Of a stretch of 64,000 nt of DNA, positions 1-13,255 are shown in pieces. Position numbers and translations under genes: made by a program. Below the pieces are notes generated by a model. That model was not told the origin of the DNA, ran no database searches, and was given only the letters and a program-made list of their open reading frames with translations. This DNA comes from Octopus vulgaris (taxonomy: Eukaryota), in assembly GCA_951406725.2 (NCBI GenBank), contig OX597837.1:42408001-42472000 (forward strand), in the 5' to 3' direction. The first letter of the stretch is position 1. Every line of letters begins with the position of its first letter.

Positions 1-898
1 AATAAAAATTTTATGACTGTCTGATATTAACGCCATAAAAGAGAAAGCAACAGTTTAGTTTAATCAAAAATAGATTTGCTTCATATGAAACACACAGAAA
101 ATTATGTTTTATCTGGAATCTATTATCTGCTACCTAGCAATCTCATATAGGTAGTATTTAGTGCTTTATGTGAGGACTGTAATGGAAATGCCAAACTTTA
201 CCAAAAGTAACTAAAACAAAACACTAAAACAATAGAAATTTCAACTGAATTAACAACTGACTAACCGAAGGCTATGATTTTGTAGCCAAACATCATATAT
301 TGAAGTTAGTGTCTATGGATATAAAAATGGATAAGTTCTTTTATAGGGTTTAGGGATGAGATAAGACTTGGTCTTCCTTGACAGAAATAATGTAAAAATG
401 TATCAGAAGATATATAGAAAAAAACCTTGAACAATTAGTTATTGCTTATATTGGGTCCCATTTCAGCCCCAATAAATCAAAGCTATGAGTCACATAAGTC
501 ATGACCAATCTATCTTTGAAGTATAGTGTCAGAAAAACGACACTCAGGAGTCATGACCCAGATGCAGCTTGATCCCCTGAGAGTGTAAGAAGGGCCGAAA
601 AACTGGCTTGGTATGGATTTCCTCTCCGAAGACCTACTCTTCGGCTCTCTTAAGAGTTTCTTACTACTAATGTATCCAAAGACAATATTGCCCCAAATAT
701 ATTGGTCTCCTTTTTTTTTTTTTTTCTTAGGGAGACGATAGCAGTGGTTCCCAAACTCTGCACCAAAAGGTGTACTGTAAATATTTAAAAATATAATTTA
801 ATGTTTCAGCATCTTGAGAATATCCTATTTAGGATTCAGTTATGATTGAAAAAGCAAAGTAAGAAATAACTTTCTTCCCCTCCTCTCAATTTTAAATG

Positions 899-1617
899 TT
901 AACCCTTTAACATTTAATTACTCTGTCAAAGGTAATGTTTATTGAGTCACATTTCTTTGAAATGATTATGTATTATCTTCACCTGTGCCGGTGGAATGTA
1001 AACGCACCCCAGTGTCACACGAATGGCACCTGTACTGGCAACACGTGAAAGCACCCATTACATTCTCAGAGGAGCTGGCATCAGCAAGGGCATCCAGCCA
1101 TAGAAAACCATGCAACATCAGACTTGAGTGTGGTGCAGCCTTCCAACGTGCCAGCCTCATCATCATCATTGTTTGGCCGTGGTCGAGACTTCCATAGTCT
1201 TTTCAAATGGCTAATAACGTGTGCGAGCGCCACTGCTACCCACATTGGAAAGCATTGTACAACCAAGTACTAAAGAAGATCTTTCCTCCTCCATGAAACA
1301 AAGCTGTTCCCGCTGGACGTCAGCCCAGTATTTCTAAGCTACGGACCCAGTGATTTATTGTAAGGTTATCTCCCTAGACAGATTGCCTTCACTACGGCTA
1401 AGGAGCCCTTTCTACCCCATATATATATGTCAAACTGTCCAACCCATGCCAGCATGGACAACAGACGCTAAACGATGAATGATGATTTTGATGATGATTG
1501 TTTATTTTGAAAACAATTTTGCAAAGTAGATGTGAGAGGCTACATATGGACAGCTCGAACAGAAAACAGGTAGAATGTTTGGGCCTGATATGGCGTCTGT
1601 AAACGCTAAAGGGTTAA
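899..1617. mobile_element. piggyBac-like MITE family P1, interrupted by a family C element
   Basis: TTAA-CCCTTTA...TAAAGGG-TTAA termini. Internal sequence matches the copies at 13256, 38903, 43995 and 61936. Confidence 0.7.
980..1497 (+). mobile_element. Family C retroposon with (GAT)n tail, itself interrupted at about 1155-1420
   Basis: GGCAACACGTGAAAGCACCC...AGGGCATCCAGCCATAGAAA and tail CCAACCCATGCCAGCATGG...AAACGATGAATGATG, shared with many copies in the window. Confidence 0.7.
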
Positions 1618-1833
1618 AACAGCTTTTTGTTGAGCATGTCAACTTTTTCTCATTTAATTTCATTTAGTGATTCTTTTCATTTGATCTCCAGTGGACCATA
1701 AAGTCAAAAAGATTGAGAACCACTGAAATAAGGTTTAATCTGAGGGAGACATAGCGGTTATTTCTAGCTAACCAAGCAACCATCTAAAGGCACCCCTCTT
1801 TGGCTTACTACAGAATTATTGCACACCTAGATT

Positions 1834-2068
1834 ACTGGCGGTACTGGCAATGACCTCGCTCGAATCTTTTTACACGTTCCACCGACACAGATGCCAGTGA
1901 AGTGACGTTGGTAACGTTCAGGCTCGAATGGTGCCCTTTTACATGCCACGGGTACGGAAGCCAATTGGCTACTCTGGCAACGATCATGCTCGGATGGTGT
2001 TCTTGGCACCCTACTAGCATAGGCACAAGTGCCAGTAAGGCGACACTGGTAACGATCATACTCGAATA
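1834..2068 (-). repeat. Degenerate tandem 5' monomers of family C
   Basis: About four diverged units resembling GGTGCTTTTTACGTGCCACCGGCAC, as in the array at 33050-33551. Confidence 0.6.
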
Positions 2069-2981
2069 GCCACTCTGTGTATTACAAATATGCTCTGTGT
2101 ATTACAAACACCAAATACCCTTTGGCATACGTATTACGTTAAAATGCTGATGCAAAATTTTAAAGATATTTCTTAAGCAAGATTATTTGTTTTTTCTTTC
2201 CAACATATATTAATGAAACCATTTCATCTTCTCTAAACACAGCAGGTTACATAATTACTCTTGTCCCAAACAATCAACCACTACATTTCACCTTTTCTTA
2301 ACATGTTAGGCTATATGTTACCTCTTTCCTAAACATGCTCGCTTGTATAGATTTTTTTTGTCTCTTTCCTCCTATTGTTAATATTTCTGACTATATATTT
2401 CATTTCTTCAACATGTGTCTCTGTGTATATTATGTCTCGTAAACACACCAGGCTATATATTTCTCATTTCCTAAATATTAGATTGTACATTACTTCTTTC
2501 TCAAGTATAGCAAGCAATACATTACTTTATTTTTAAACAAGTTATTGAATGGTGTCTGCTTTTTATTGGCATATACATACATACACACATACATACATAC
2601 ATGTATGTATATATAAAAGAATTACTCTCCTTTTTTTTTTCTCATTTCTTTTACATAATATAATACAATGTATATAAAAAAATGTGTATGTACATGTGTT
2701 AGTGTGGGAAGTGTCTCTTTGCATTTGTATGCTTACATCTATGTCACAGTTCTTTCTGTGTGTTTATTTCTTAACAATGGCATCTGAGAAACAGTCAATA
2801 TCATTGAGAAAAATATTAAATATGAAGTGCTGTAGTTTATCAAGTCGTCGTTATTAAAGCAAGATACGAGGAGAGGAAGCGAAGAGGTGTTCGGAGACTG
2901 GAGACCGGATCATGGCAGTGATAGATGCACAACAACATCTGATGAAAAGAAAGAAGTGTGCATACGCGTATGTGTGCATAC

Positions 2982-3016
<35 letters not shown>

Positions 3017-4502
3017 AGAATAGGAAACAAAGAAAGAGAAAAGACCATTTCATATTGTTTCCCAAGACTCTAAAAGTACAAATGTTCTAAAGTCAAGTTA
3101 TTGAAACAAAAGTACAGCGAAGCACTCTGGAGTATATTGTTCTACAAGAGAACACAGTTTTCTGCTTCAGGCCAAGAACTCCAAAGTTGAAATAGAACAC
3201 AAAAGGGCAACGTTCAGTTTGTAAATATTAATAAGAGTGACATTAAGATATACTGATACTGCCATTTATTATTCAGCCTTAGGAAATAAATCTATAGAAA
3301 AGAAAGACCCACACTATATCAGCTTGATGCATTTTATGTAACTATTCAACAATATGGTTAACATTTACTGCCACTAAGAAGCTGATTAAAAATGGTATAT
3401 TAACCATCTTCTTAAGCGCATAAGAACAATCGACAATGAGATAATGTAGCATTTCTCACAGATCAAATTCCTACGAAAAGGATTAATTGTTGAAATTTGT
3501 GCTAAGTTTAATAATTACCATTTTTGTTTTTGGGTCAATGGGAAATATAATCGAACATTAAGTGTCAGTGCTCGACTGTTTGTTATTAGCAATATACATC
3601 AATCAATGAGTGATTGACTGCAGATGATGGAAGAAAAGTGAATAATGGAAATCGGGCAGCTTTCAGAAGCAACAGCAATAAATATAACGTCAAAATAGAT
3701 ACAAGCAGCTGTGGAAATAAGGTGAAAGACTTGTCTAATAATCTGGACTAAATGTGTGTTTGATAATAATCGTCATCCTGTGTCAGCAGTTACTTACTGA
3801 CTTAATTTTCTGTTAATATCTGGCATTTTTAAAAACAATATTAAGTTGTTATAAGTTTCAAACAAGCTAACAGTGAGAGAGCATCTGTGCAACACATGGA
3901 TTATAAAGAGATTCTGTTTGGTACACCAATTTCACACACACGCATGCACACACATACAGACACACATACATGCATACTGTAGAGACTTTTGAAGAGTTTT
4001 AATAAACAGATTTCACTCACACAGCATTGACCACCGCAAGGCTAAGGCAGAGGACACTTGCCCAAATTTTCACAGTGAGACAGGGCCAGGATAAGCATGA
4101 TTGTGGAGCAAGTTTCTTAATCAGAAAGTTAATTTTTGCATCCTAAAGTCATGGGTTCAAATCCTGTTTCATTTGCATTGGTATTTTGTTCTTGAAAGTC
4201 ATCCTCAACCATCACCATGCAAGCATAGAAAAAAATGGACATTAAATCATTATTTAACATTTATTTTTTCCATGCTTGCTTTGGTCAGATGGAATTTACA
4301 GAGGTAAATTTCCTACAGTTCAATGCCCTACCTGTTGCAAACCCTCGCTGCTTCCAAGCAAGGTAATATTTCCCAATGGCTCAATGTGTTATTCATAGAA
4401 GACAGGAAGCAAACAATCTCAGTTGTATCACAATAATGCTCTCTTATAATCATTGCATGGTATACAGACAAGGGTACATACAAACACACACACATACAGA
4501 GA

Positions 4503-4658
4503 ATGAGCTTCTTTCAGTTTCTGTCAACCAAATTCACCCACAAGGCTTTAATTGACCTGGGGTTTTAGTAGAAAACTCTTGCCCAAGGTGCCACACAGTG
4601 GAACTGAACCCAAAACTATGTGGTTGGTAAAGCAAGCGTCTTAACCACACAGCCATGC
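4503..4658 (-). mobile_element. Family A tRNA-head CORE-like SINE (5' part)
   Basis: Reverse complement reads GGCTGTGTGGTTAAG...GGGTTCAGTTCCACTGTGTGGCACCTTGGGCAAG, containing A/B boxes and the CORE-like ACCTTGGGCAAG. Confidence 0.8.
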
Positions 4659-5242
4659 ATACATCTTTCATAAAGAAAAATAGAATAAATAGAAAAAGAT
4701 AAAACAACCTACCAGAATAGAAATAGCAGTACTAACCTGCAAATAGAGAAAAAAAATCTGTATTAGTCACGAAATAATAACATTGGTTTTTGAAACTATA
4801 TCAATTTTTAATAACATTATAATTACATGTATCAGTGATCTAGTAGATAAGAGCTCTGTTACTTTTAGCTTAAAACTAGAGGCTTCTAAGATCAAATCCG
4901 TTCTGACACTATGCTGACATTTAAAGAATACAACACCTGATATTGGAAGATCGCTGCTAATGGAAACATACTGCAGATGTAAATATCAAAAATGTTCTCT
5001 TTTCCAAAACTGAGGTTATTAGTCTGAAAAATAATGCTCTTAATTAAGCAATAATAGATCTTGAATATGTTTGTATTTTTTTTATTGCTTACTGTTTTAT
5101 CCTCCTCCTCATTATTATTATTATTATTATGGCAGTGAGCTAGTATTGTTACCATATTGGACAAAATGTTTAATGGCATTTATGTTCAGATTTCAAATTC
5201 CAAACAGGTTGACTTAGCCTTTCATCCTTTTGAATTCGATGA

Positions 5243-5746
5243 CTGGTTCCTGTGCTGGTGGCACGTAAAAAGCACCATGCAAATGTGGTTGATGCCAGTG
5301 CCGCCTGACTGGTTCCCATGCCAGCTCTTTTCTGTTTGGCTACTTTTAATACTTATCTTAAGTCGGTAGGAAGAAACTTCCAAACGAAGGTTAGGGTCAA
5401 TAAAAATTTAAGTATTTTACCGGTCCAATGAAAGATAATATCAACATTAACAGGATTCAAATACTAAGTCTACGGTTTAATTTTCGTGCCAATTACTCTT
5501 ACAGGATGTTTATGGTCGATGCCAGTCCCCTGGCCCCAACTGGGTCCTATGCCAGTGGCACGTAAAAAGCACCCACTACATTCTCAGAGTGGTTGGTGTT
5601 AGGAAGGGCATCTAACTGTAGAATGATTGCCAGATCAGAATGGAGCCTGGTGCAGCCTTCTGGCTTGCCAGACCCCAGTCAAACCGTCCAACTCATGCCA
5701 ACATGGAAAAACGGACGTTAAACGATGATGACAATGATGATGATGA
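5243..5746 (+). mobile_element. Family C retroposon with an unrelated ~185-bp insert (about 5325-5510)
   Basis: GGCACGTAAAAAGCACC monomers, GGAAGGGCATC motif and (GAT)n tail. Confidence 0.75.
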
Positions 5747-5951
5747 CAGGCAAATCTACTTGGAAAACTCATGGTTTGGTGTTCATCCCCCTACACTGCA
5801 CTTTGGGCAAGTATCTTCTCTGATACATTATTGGGCCAAGACAAATACCTTGAAAGTGAATTTTGTAGTTAGAAACTGTGCAGAAACCCTTTGAGTGCAT
5901 GTGTGATTGCATGTGCTTATACATACACATACTTGTCTGTGTCTGTATCTT

Positions 5952-6093
5952 TATTTCTTTATTGCCCACAGGGGGCTACACACAGAGGGGACAAACAAGG
6001 ACAGACAAATGGATTAAGTCGATTACATCGACTCCAGTGCGTAACTGGTACTTAATTTATCAACCCCGAAAGGATGAAAGGCAAAGTCGACCT
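5952..6093 (-). mobile_element. Family B SINE, 5'-truncated, inserted in a decayed family A copy
   Basis: TATTTCTTTATTGCCCACA...GAAAGGATGAAAGGCAAAGTCGACC, flanked by TCTTTAT on both sides. Confidence 0.75.
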
Positions 6094-6393
6094 CTTTATG
6101 TGACATCACTTGACAACCAGTGTTAGTGGTTTAGCAGAATAAAGGTTGTTAGAATAAACACCATTCTTTTACTTGTTTCAATCATGTGACTGCAGCCATG
6201 CTGGAGCTTAAAAAAAAAAAAGAAAAAAAAAAGAAACCAAGTACTAGGGGTGATTTGATCAACTAAACTGTTCAAGGCAGTGCCACAGCATGGCTGTAGT
6301 CCAGTAAACAAGTAAAGAAAAGTAGAAGACTATGTTGCATGAATTGGATAACTCTGAACATAAAGGTATTTCATTGAACAGTCTATGACTAAG

Positions 6394-6436
<43 letters not shown>

Positions 6437-6929
6437 ATAACCAGTATCATTATTCTACTTTCTTAGGTTAACCCAAGTTGAATTTTGTATTAAGAATGGC
6501 ATCCACTTGAGAAGCCATTATGACAATTAATATAAACTTCCCATCCAATCTTTTCTCTATATGCAAATGCAAGAATATATTACCAAAAAAAAAAAAAAAA
6601 AGAAAAGAACAGAACAAAGGTTTGGCTTTTTTTTTTTTAAGGGGTTAATTAAAGAAACAGTACTGACTTAAACATAACGAGTAATTAGATGAAGTCACTT
6701 AGGATAATTCAGACAGATTTTAGCAGAAGTTGAGTTGTTAGTCTGTGGTATCATGCAATCTGCCAGATTACGGTATTTCACCGAAGCACTGATAGAATTT
6801 ATGACCGAATTGGTTGGTAAGGTTATAAATACAATATAATATAATAATAAACTTCTGTTGAATTCATTATCCTAGCAATCATTGTATTAAACACTAACCT
6901 GAAACAATGATGATGATGATGACGATGGT

Positions 6930-8520
6930 GGTCGTGATCATTTCTGACAGAGATATATAACCATACATTTAGGTGTTGGGATGGAGTTTAATCAAGTAGA
7001 CCAGCCTCGGTACGTGATTGGTACTTATTTTAACAAGTCACTTAAAGGTGATGAACAAAACCAATTTCGGTTCAATTTGAAGGCAGCAAAGCATTTAACG
7101 GATTCTGCCCACTACTACCATTGAAATGATAATAATTCTTTCTACTAAGGGCAAAAGGTTTGAAATCATAGGACAGAGAGAGAGTGGATTATATCAAGCC
7201 AATGCTTAAACCAATCCCGAGACATGGTGATGATGATCATAATAATAATAATCCTTTCTAAAGCACAAGGTCTGAAATTTTGGAGAGGGGACTAAGTCGA
7301 TTACAATGACCCCAGTGTTTCACTGGTACTTATTTTATCAACCCTAGAAGGGATGAAAGACAAAATCGACTTTGATGGAATTTAAACTCAGAACGTGGAG
7401 ACAGGCGAAATGCCACTAAACATTTTGGCCGGCACGCTAATGGTTCTGTCAGCTTACTGCCTTAGATAATAATAATAATAATAATTTTAAATTTTGGCCC
7501 AGGGCCAGCAATTTTAAGGGAGAGGGCAATGCTCAGCTGGTACTCAATTTTTTATCACCCTCAAAACAAAAAAAAAAAACGAAAGTGAAAGTTGACCCTG
7601 GTGGAATTTGATTTCGGAATATAATCAGAAGAAATGCCACAAAGCATTTTCTCTGTCACAGTAACAAATTTTGGCACAAGGCCAGCAAGTTCAGGGGAGT
7701 GGGTAAGTTGCTCAACTGGTACTTATTTTATTGACTCTAAATCAACTTTGGCAGAGTTTGAACTCAGAACATAAAGACGGACAAAATGCTGCTAACCACC
7801 TGATTTTGCCAGATCAATGACAATAATAATAATAACAATAATGATGATTTCAAAATTTGGCACAAGGACAGCAATTTTGGGGGAGGGGTAAATCCAATTA
7901 TTGACCTCAGTACTCAACTGGTAATTATTTTAATCAGCCCCAAAAGGATGAAAGACAAAGTCAATCCCAGTGGAAATTGAACTCAGAACATAAAGATGGA
8001 CAAGAACCCGCTAAGCATTTTGCCAAGCATGCTAATGATTCTACCAGCTTTCCACCTTAGGAGGGGATGTAATAACCCTTTCTACTATAAGCACAAGGTC
8101 TGAAATTTTATGGGACGGAGATAGTCGATTACATTGACCCCAGAACTCACATGGTACTTATGGCAGAAACGTTAGCACGCCGGGCGAAATGCGTAGCCAT
8201 ATTTCGTCTGGTATTACGTCCTGAGTTCAAATTCTGCCGAGGTCGACTTTGCCTTTCATCCTTTCAGGGTCGATAAATTAAATACCAGTTACACACTGGG
8301 GTCGATATAATCGACTTAATCCGTTTGTCTGTCCTTGTTTGTCCTCTCTGTGTTTAGCTCCTTGTGGGTAGTAAAGAAATAACTTATTCTATTGACCCTG
8401 AAAAGATAAAAGACAAAGTCGACTTTGGTGGAATTTGAACTCAGAATGTCACAATGGATGAAATGTCACTAAGCATTTTGTCCAGCATGCTAATGATTCT
8501 GCCAGCTTTTTCACCATTTC
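6930..8520 (-). repeat. Cluster of about 8 decayed family B-related SINEs in tandem, separated by (TAA/TGA)n
   Basis: Repeated GCACAAGG...CTGGTACTTATTTTAT...GGATGAAAG...GGAATTTGAACTCAGAA...GATTCTGCCAG blocks. Confidence 0.75.
8162..8381 (+). mobile_element. Family B tRNA-derived SINE with Meta-like central domain
   Basis: GGCAGAAACGTTAGC...GAGTTCAAATTC (B box)...GTCGACTTTGCCTTTCATCCTTTCAGGGTCGATAAA...TAAAGAAATA. TSD ACTTAT at 8156-8161 and 8382-8387. Confidence 0.85.
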
Positions 8521-8635
8521 AAACACGAAATTTGTGTGTGTGTAAGTGGATGGATGCAGGAGTTAGTCATTCACATAAACCTTCAGTACTAGACAGGTAC
8601 TTTATTTTATCAAACTAGGAAGGATAAAAGGCAAA

Positions 8636-8730
8636 GATGCTGATGATGATGATGATGATGAAGATGATGATAGTAATGATGATGATGATGATGATGATGA
8701 TGGTGATGGTGATGATGGTGATGGTGATGA

Positions 8731-8764
<34 letters not shown>

Positions 8765-8779
8765 GGTGATGATGATGAT
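8636..8779. repeat. (ATG/GTG)n trinucleotide microsatellite
   Basis: Direct reading of GATGATGAT...GGTGGT. Confidence 0.95.
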
Positions 8780-8912
8780 TTGTCAGATTTCAAGCTCACA
8801 CATTTGGAATGAATTGCAATACTTTACTGCTACTTATTCTATCATTCCCAAGAGGATAGAATGGTGAAATAGAAATTGGTAAAATTTGAACTCACAATGT
8901 GAAGGGAAATAG

Positions 8913-8954
<42 letters not shown>

Positions 8955-10634
8955 AGTAAGTAAGGCATGTGGTTTGTCACTCTACTGATTCTTCACTCAA
9001 AGAAAGCCGTAAAAGAACTCTAATATATTATAGGTTAGATTATTAATCTTTTCAAAATACAAAAACAAAAACAAAAATTGTTTATTTCGTTTTATTGCAC
9101 AATATCAATATTAACAAAAAAAAAAGAAAGAAAAGAAAAGAAAAAGAAAGAAAAAAAAGAAAACGTTGTGTCATTTTATAATGAATCACAAATATGAAAA
9201 TATGAAACAGATTGCAATTTGTTCATTTAAGCTGTGGGATACATGAAATGTTAATATTCTACCATGTTCCTGCATCTTATTAACCTTAAAGTCATGCAAC
9301 ATATCAATATGAATATTTTAACTTCAATTCAAGACTGCATGGTGTGATAAAAAAAAAAAAAAACACATATTGTGTCATTATGATACCCATTTAACCCATT
9401 TATATATTGGTAAATACAGAGAATATATATAAAAAAAAAAAAGCTAATTGAAAATTAAAAATGTATATTTATTATAAATATATAAAAGGATTTTGTACAT
9501 CTTCATTTTAATCAGAATGAAAGTGTATATATATATGTTGCTGAATTCACATCTATTTCACAATAAAAAGTTAAAGAGGAAATAAGTCTCACCAAAAATA
9601 TAAGAGTATATAGAATTAACTCTAAATCTTATTAAAAGGAAAGCTGCTTTTAGTTAATCAATTTTTATCTAAAACTCTGGGTAATTGAGTATAATTAAAC
9701 ACTTACCAATTAAAAACATTAATCAACTGTATGACTGTTACAAATTGTATGTCTATACTAAAGGTGGTAAGCCAAATTAATTTGGCAAGTGATATCACAT
9801 TTCCTTGCAACTGTCTCAAAGACTATAACCCGAATGGTTAAGAGTTCTTGGCACCGTTGAAGGCATGACGCCTGAGATTTAAGAAGATGAAGAAAAGAAG
9901 GAAAACAATTCTGATGCTTTTCTATAGAGTACCAATAGCACAGAGCAAACCATTTCTATTGGTAATGAAAACAAGATTACTGATTTAGCTTGAAGATAAC
10001 TTAAAGCCATTTAATCATGAATAAATCTAAAAACTTACTTAGCAAAGCAAATGTCAAAGCATTTCCTGAGAATTACAATGATCCACAGAGCTAATGGTAC
10101 CTATGGATTTCAAGCTATTAAACAGATGAGAAACCATCCTCCAACACACACACACTACAATATATTAGTCTATTATAATACTTTATAAGGTGCTGCTTGC
10201 TGTAATGACTTGTTCCAACCATGGTACCCACTTTAATGTATATAAACCATGATATCTAATTAGAGCAAATGAGAAACAGTTATCGACATACAGGAAAATA
10301 CAGGATATCAACCGACAGCCTCTTGGTGGATTGCTTAGTAGCCTGGTTTATTGGTCATTCACACTAACATAAAATATTATTATTACCAAGTCAAATATAT
10401 ATATATACTAAAAATAAGGGTGTCTGAGAGACACCACCATGCTGAAATAGCAGTCAAATCCTTGACTCTAAAGACCACCTTAAAAGTTCATATCGTACCA
10501 TAAGATAAGACAGAGGGACAAAATAGACTAACAAAAAGATATTACTGAATAATTCAAGATCCTGGATTTCTAGCTTTGCTTCAAATAAGCTCTGCCTTCA
10601 TCAGTTGAATATATCAGATGGGCACATAAATACA

Positions 10635-10683
<49 letters not shown>

Positions 10684-10907
10684 TATAGATATATATATGT
10701 TTCTAAATGAAGCTAAGTTATTTCAGGATACAATCAACAGAAACAAAACGATTTTGTCATAGATATTGAAATAGAAAAAAAAAAGCTAAAAGCAATAACC
10801 ATATATGTGTAACTAAAATTCATTTGCTTATCTAACTTCAAATGATCAATCTGAATACAATTAAGAAAACTACTCTGTAATAAAATATGCTTCTTATGTT
10901 CTATAGA

Positions 10908-11086
10908 CATCATCATCATCATCGTCGTTTAACATCCGTTTTTCATGCTAGCATGAGTTGGACGGTTCGACCGGGGTCTGGGAAGCCAGGAGGTTGCACC
11001 AGGCTCCAGTCTGATCTGGTAGTGTTTCTACAGCTGGATGCCCTTCCTAACGCCAACCACTCTGTGAGTGTAGTGGGTGCTTTTTA
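10908..11086 (-). mobile_element. Family C retroposon
   Basis: (CAT)n CGTTTAACATCCG...GCTGGATGCCCTTCCTAACGCCAACCAC...GGGTGCTTTTT. Confidence 0.85.
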
Positions 11087-12608
11087 TCATTTTTCCATGC
11101 TCACATGGATCAGACAGAACTTAAGGCAGATTTTTCTTCAATCAGATGTCCTTACTGTTACCAACCCTTATCTGTTTCAAAGCAAGGTAATATTTCCTCC
11201 ATGGCCAAGTATGTTCATGTAGTAGAACATTGGAAAGGAATTACACAGCCTCTATGACAATCATTTTACAACTATCACATGATGTTAAGACAAGGAGACA
11301 CACACACACACACACACACATACACACAATGAGCTTTTTTTTAGTTCCTTCCAACCAAATCCGCTGCCAAGGCTTTGGCTGACCTGGGGCTATAGAGGGA
11401 GACCATTTTCCCAAGCTGCTTTGGAGTGGGACTGAACCGCTATACCCAGACAGAAAACTGGATATAGAAGTTTATTAATGTCCAGATTGAAAACCAGCCA
11501 TCCAATATTTGCATAAAACTCTAGAAAATTGTTTTCCGACAAGTAACAATGTTATTCAAGACTTGGATTCATAACAACAATCACCTTGAAATGATATAAT
11601 GATTTTATTTAATAATAAATTTGAAATAGCAGTAGTCATTCATTACCTTTCCACCTATGCTTTTAACATACTATTAAAATGACGTATTTTCAGAGACATT
11701 TTACTGTAATTCTATGGCTAAAATATCTATCTAAACTGTTAGATAATTGTGAACAAAGTATTAGTCTTAACAATCATCTAAGTGTCTGTCTCCTTCCATA
11801 CATTTTAGAACATTCACAGTTTGGCAAACAACTGATTTTTCTTTTCTTGTTTTCGTTGTTTTTGTTTTGATTCTTTCTTTTTAATATTTACTTAAAAGGA
11901 AGATATTTCATTAACGCTTTCATGTACGTCTGGTGCAACCAAACATTTTGTCTTCAGTACATTTACTTGAAAACAGGTCAACATCACTTTATGATTCTCT
12001 ATTGTTGTGTTTTATTTACCCGTGAATAGACCGAATTTAAATTAAGAATAATCATCGCACACAATCTTCATTATGAATGCTGCCAGCAATTGTGAACATG
12101 AAAAGGTTAAATCATTAACAATAGGATTTCAAAGTTGGAGTGGTTATATGTAGCTATCCTTATCAACCAAGTTTAACAGCAGCTATGGACATTGAAAGGA
12201 TTGACAATTACTTACTTACTATCACTTGAACAGTTTCCATGTGGGTCAGGCTCATACCTATTGTTACAACTGAATAGTACTTCCCTATATAATTTTCCTT
12301 TCATCAAGTCACACTATACATATGAAGAGACAAGCCCCACAGAACAATAAACTGCTAGAATTTAAACACACAGCCCCTTTGATACCAATCCACCACCACC
12401 TGAGACTTCCTCTGCTTCCTACGATATGTATGAACTTACTGATTTAAAGTGGTCTTAATTAAAACCTTCCATCTCTACGTTGCTTTATGTTCCAAACACT
12501 GGCTTAATAAAGGAGAAAATTATTTTATTTAAATTTTTCAGACATGGCTGTGTGATCAAAAATGTCACTTTGCAGCCAAACAAGATCAGGATCAGTTCAA
12601 TTGTGATA

Positions 12609-12837
12609 CCTATTTCTTTACTAACCACAAGGGGCTAAACACAGAAAGGACAAACAGGGACAGACAAAGGGATTAAGTCGATTATATCGGCCCCAGTGCA
12701 TAACTGGTACTTATTAAATAGACCCCTAACGGATGAAAGGCAAAGTCGACCTCGGCAGAATTTGAACAAAGAACATAAAGACAGACAAAATACGGCTACG
12801 CAATTTCGCCTGGCATGCTAACGTTTTTGCCAACACG

Positions 12838-12840
<3 letters not shown>
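12609..12840 (-). mobile_element. Family B SINE inserted into a family A SINE (about 12543-13190)
   Basis: Full B body. Host resumes after (TA)n with ATACCTGACCTTGGGCAAG, and ATACCT is duplicated. Confidence 0.8.
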
Positions 12841-12889
<49 letters not shown>

Positions 12890-13255
12890 CCTGACCTTGG
12901 GCAAGTGTCTTCTAATATCGCCTCAGGCTATCCAATGTCATGTGAGTAAATTTGGTAAGTGGAAACTGTGCAGAAACCCTTCACATACACGTGTGTGTGT
13001 GTGTGTGTGTGTGTGTCCTTGTGTTAATACCCCAACCATTTGACAACAGAAGTTTGTTTGCTTGGCAAAAGAGACCAACAGCATCAGTACTGGACTTGAA
13101 AAATAAGTACTGGGATTGATTTGTTCAACTGAACCCTTCAGGGTGGTGCCCCAGGAAAGCTGCAGTCCAATGACAGAAACAAATAAAAAGGTTTATTTTC
13201 AAAATTGACTGAAACATGGTCTGTGCATATCAACAGAGACATGGTAAGAAAAGGG

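Larger units (their letters stand above)
742..1725. mobile_element. hAT/Charlie-like MITE, outer shell of a nested insertion stack
   Basis: Left terminus CAGTGGTTCCCAAACT (742-757) and right terminus AGATTGAGAACCACTG (1710-1725) match as inverted repeats at 14/16. CAGTGGTT termini are typical of Charlie-type hAT elements. No 8-bp TSD is retained. Confidence 0.55.

Noticed and set aside
8602-8867. Poly-Met and poly-Ser ORFs
   Set aside because: They come from an (ATG)n microsatellite within a SINE cluster.
9847-9868. CTTGGCAC seed resembling the miR-96/182/263 family
   Set aside because: The remainder does not match the family and there is no pre-miRNA hairpin.
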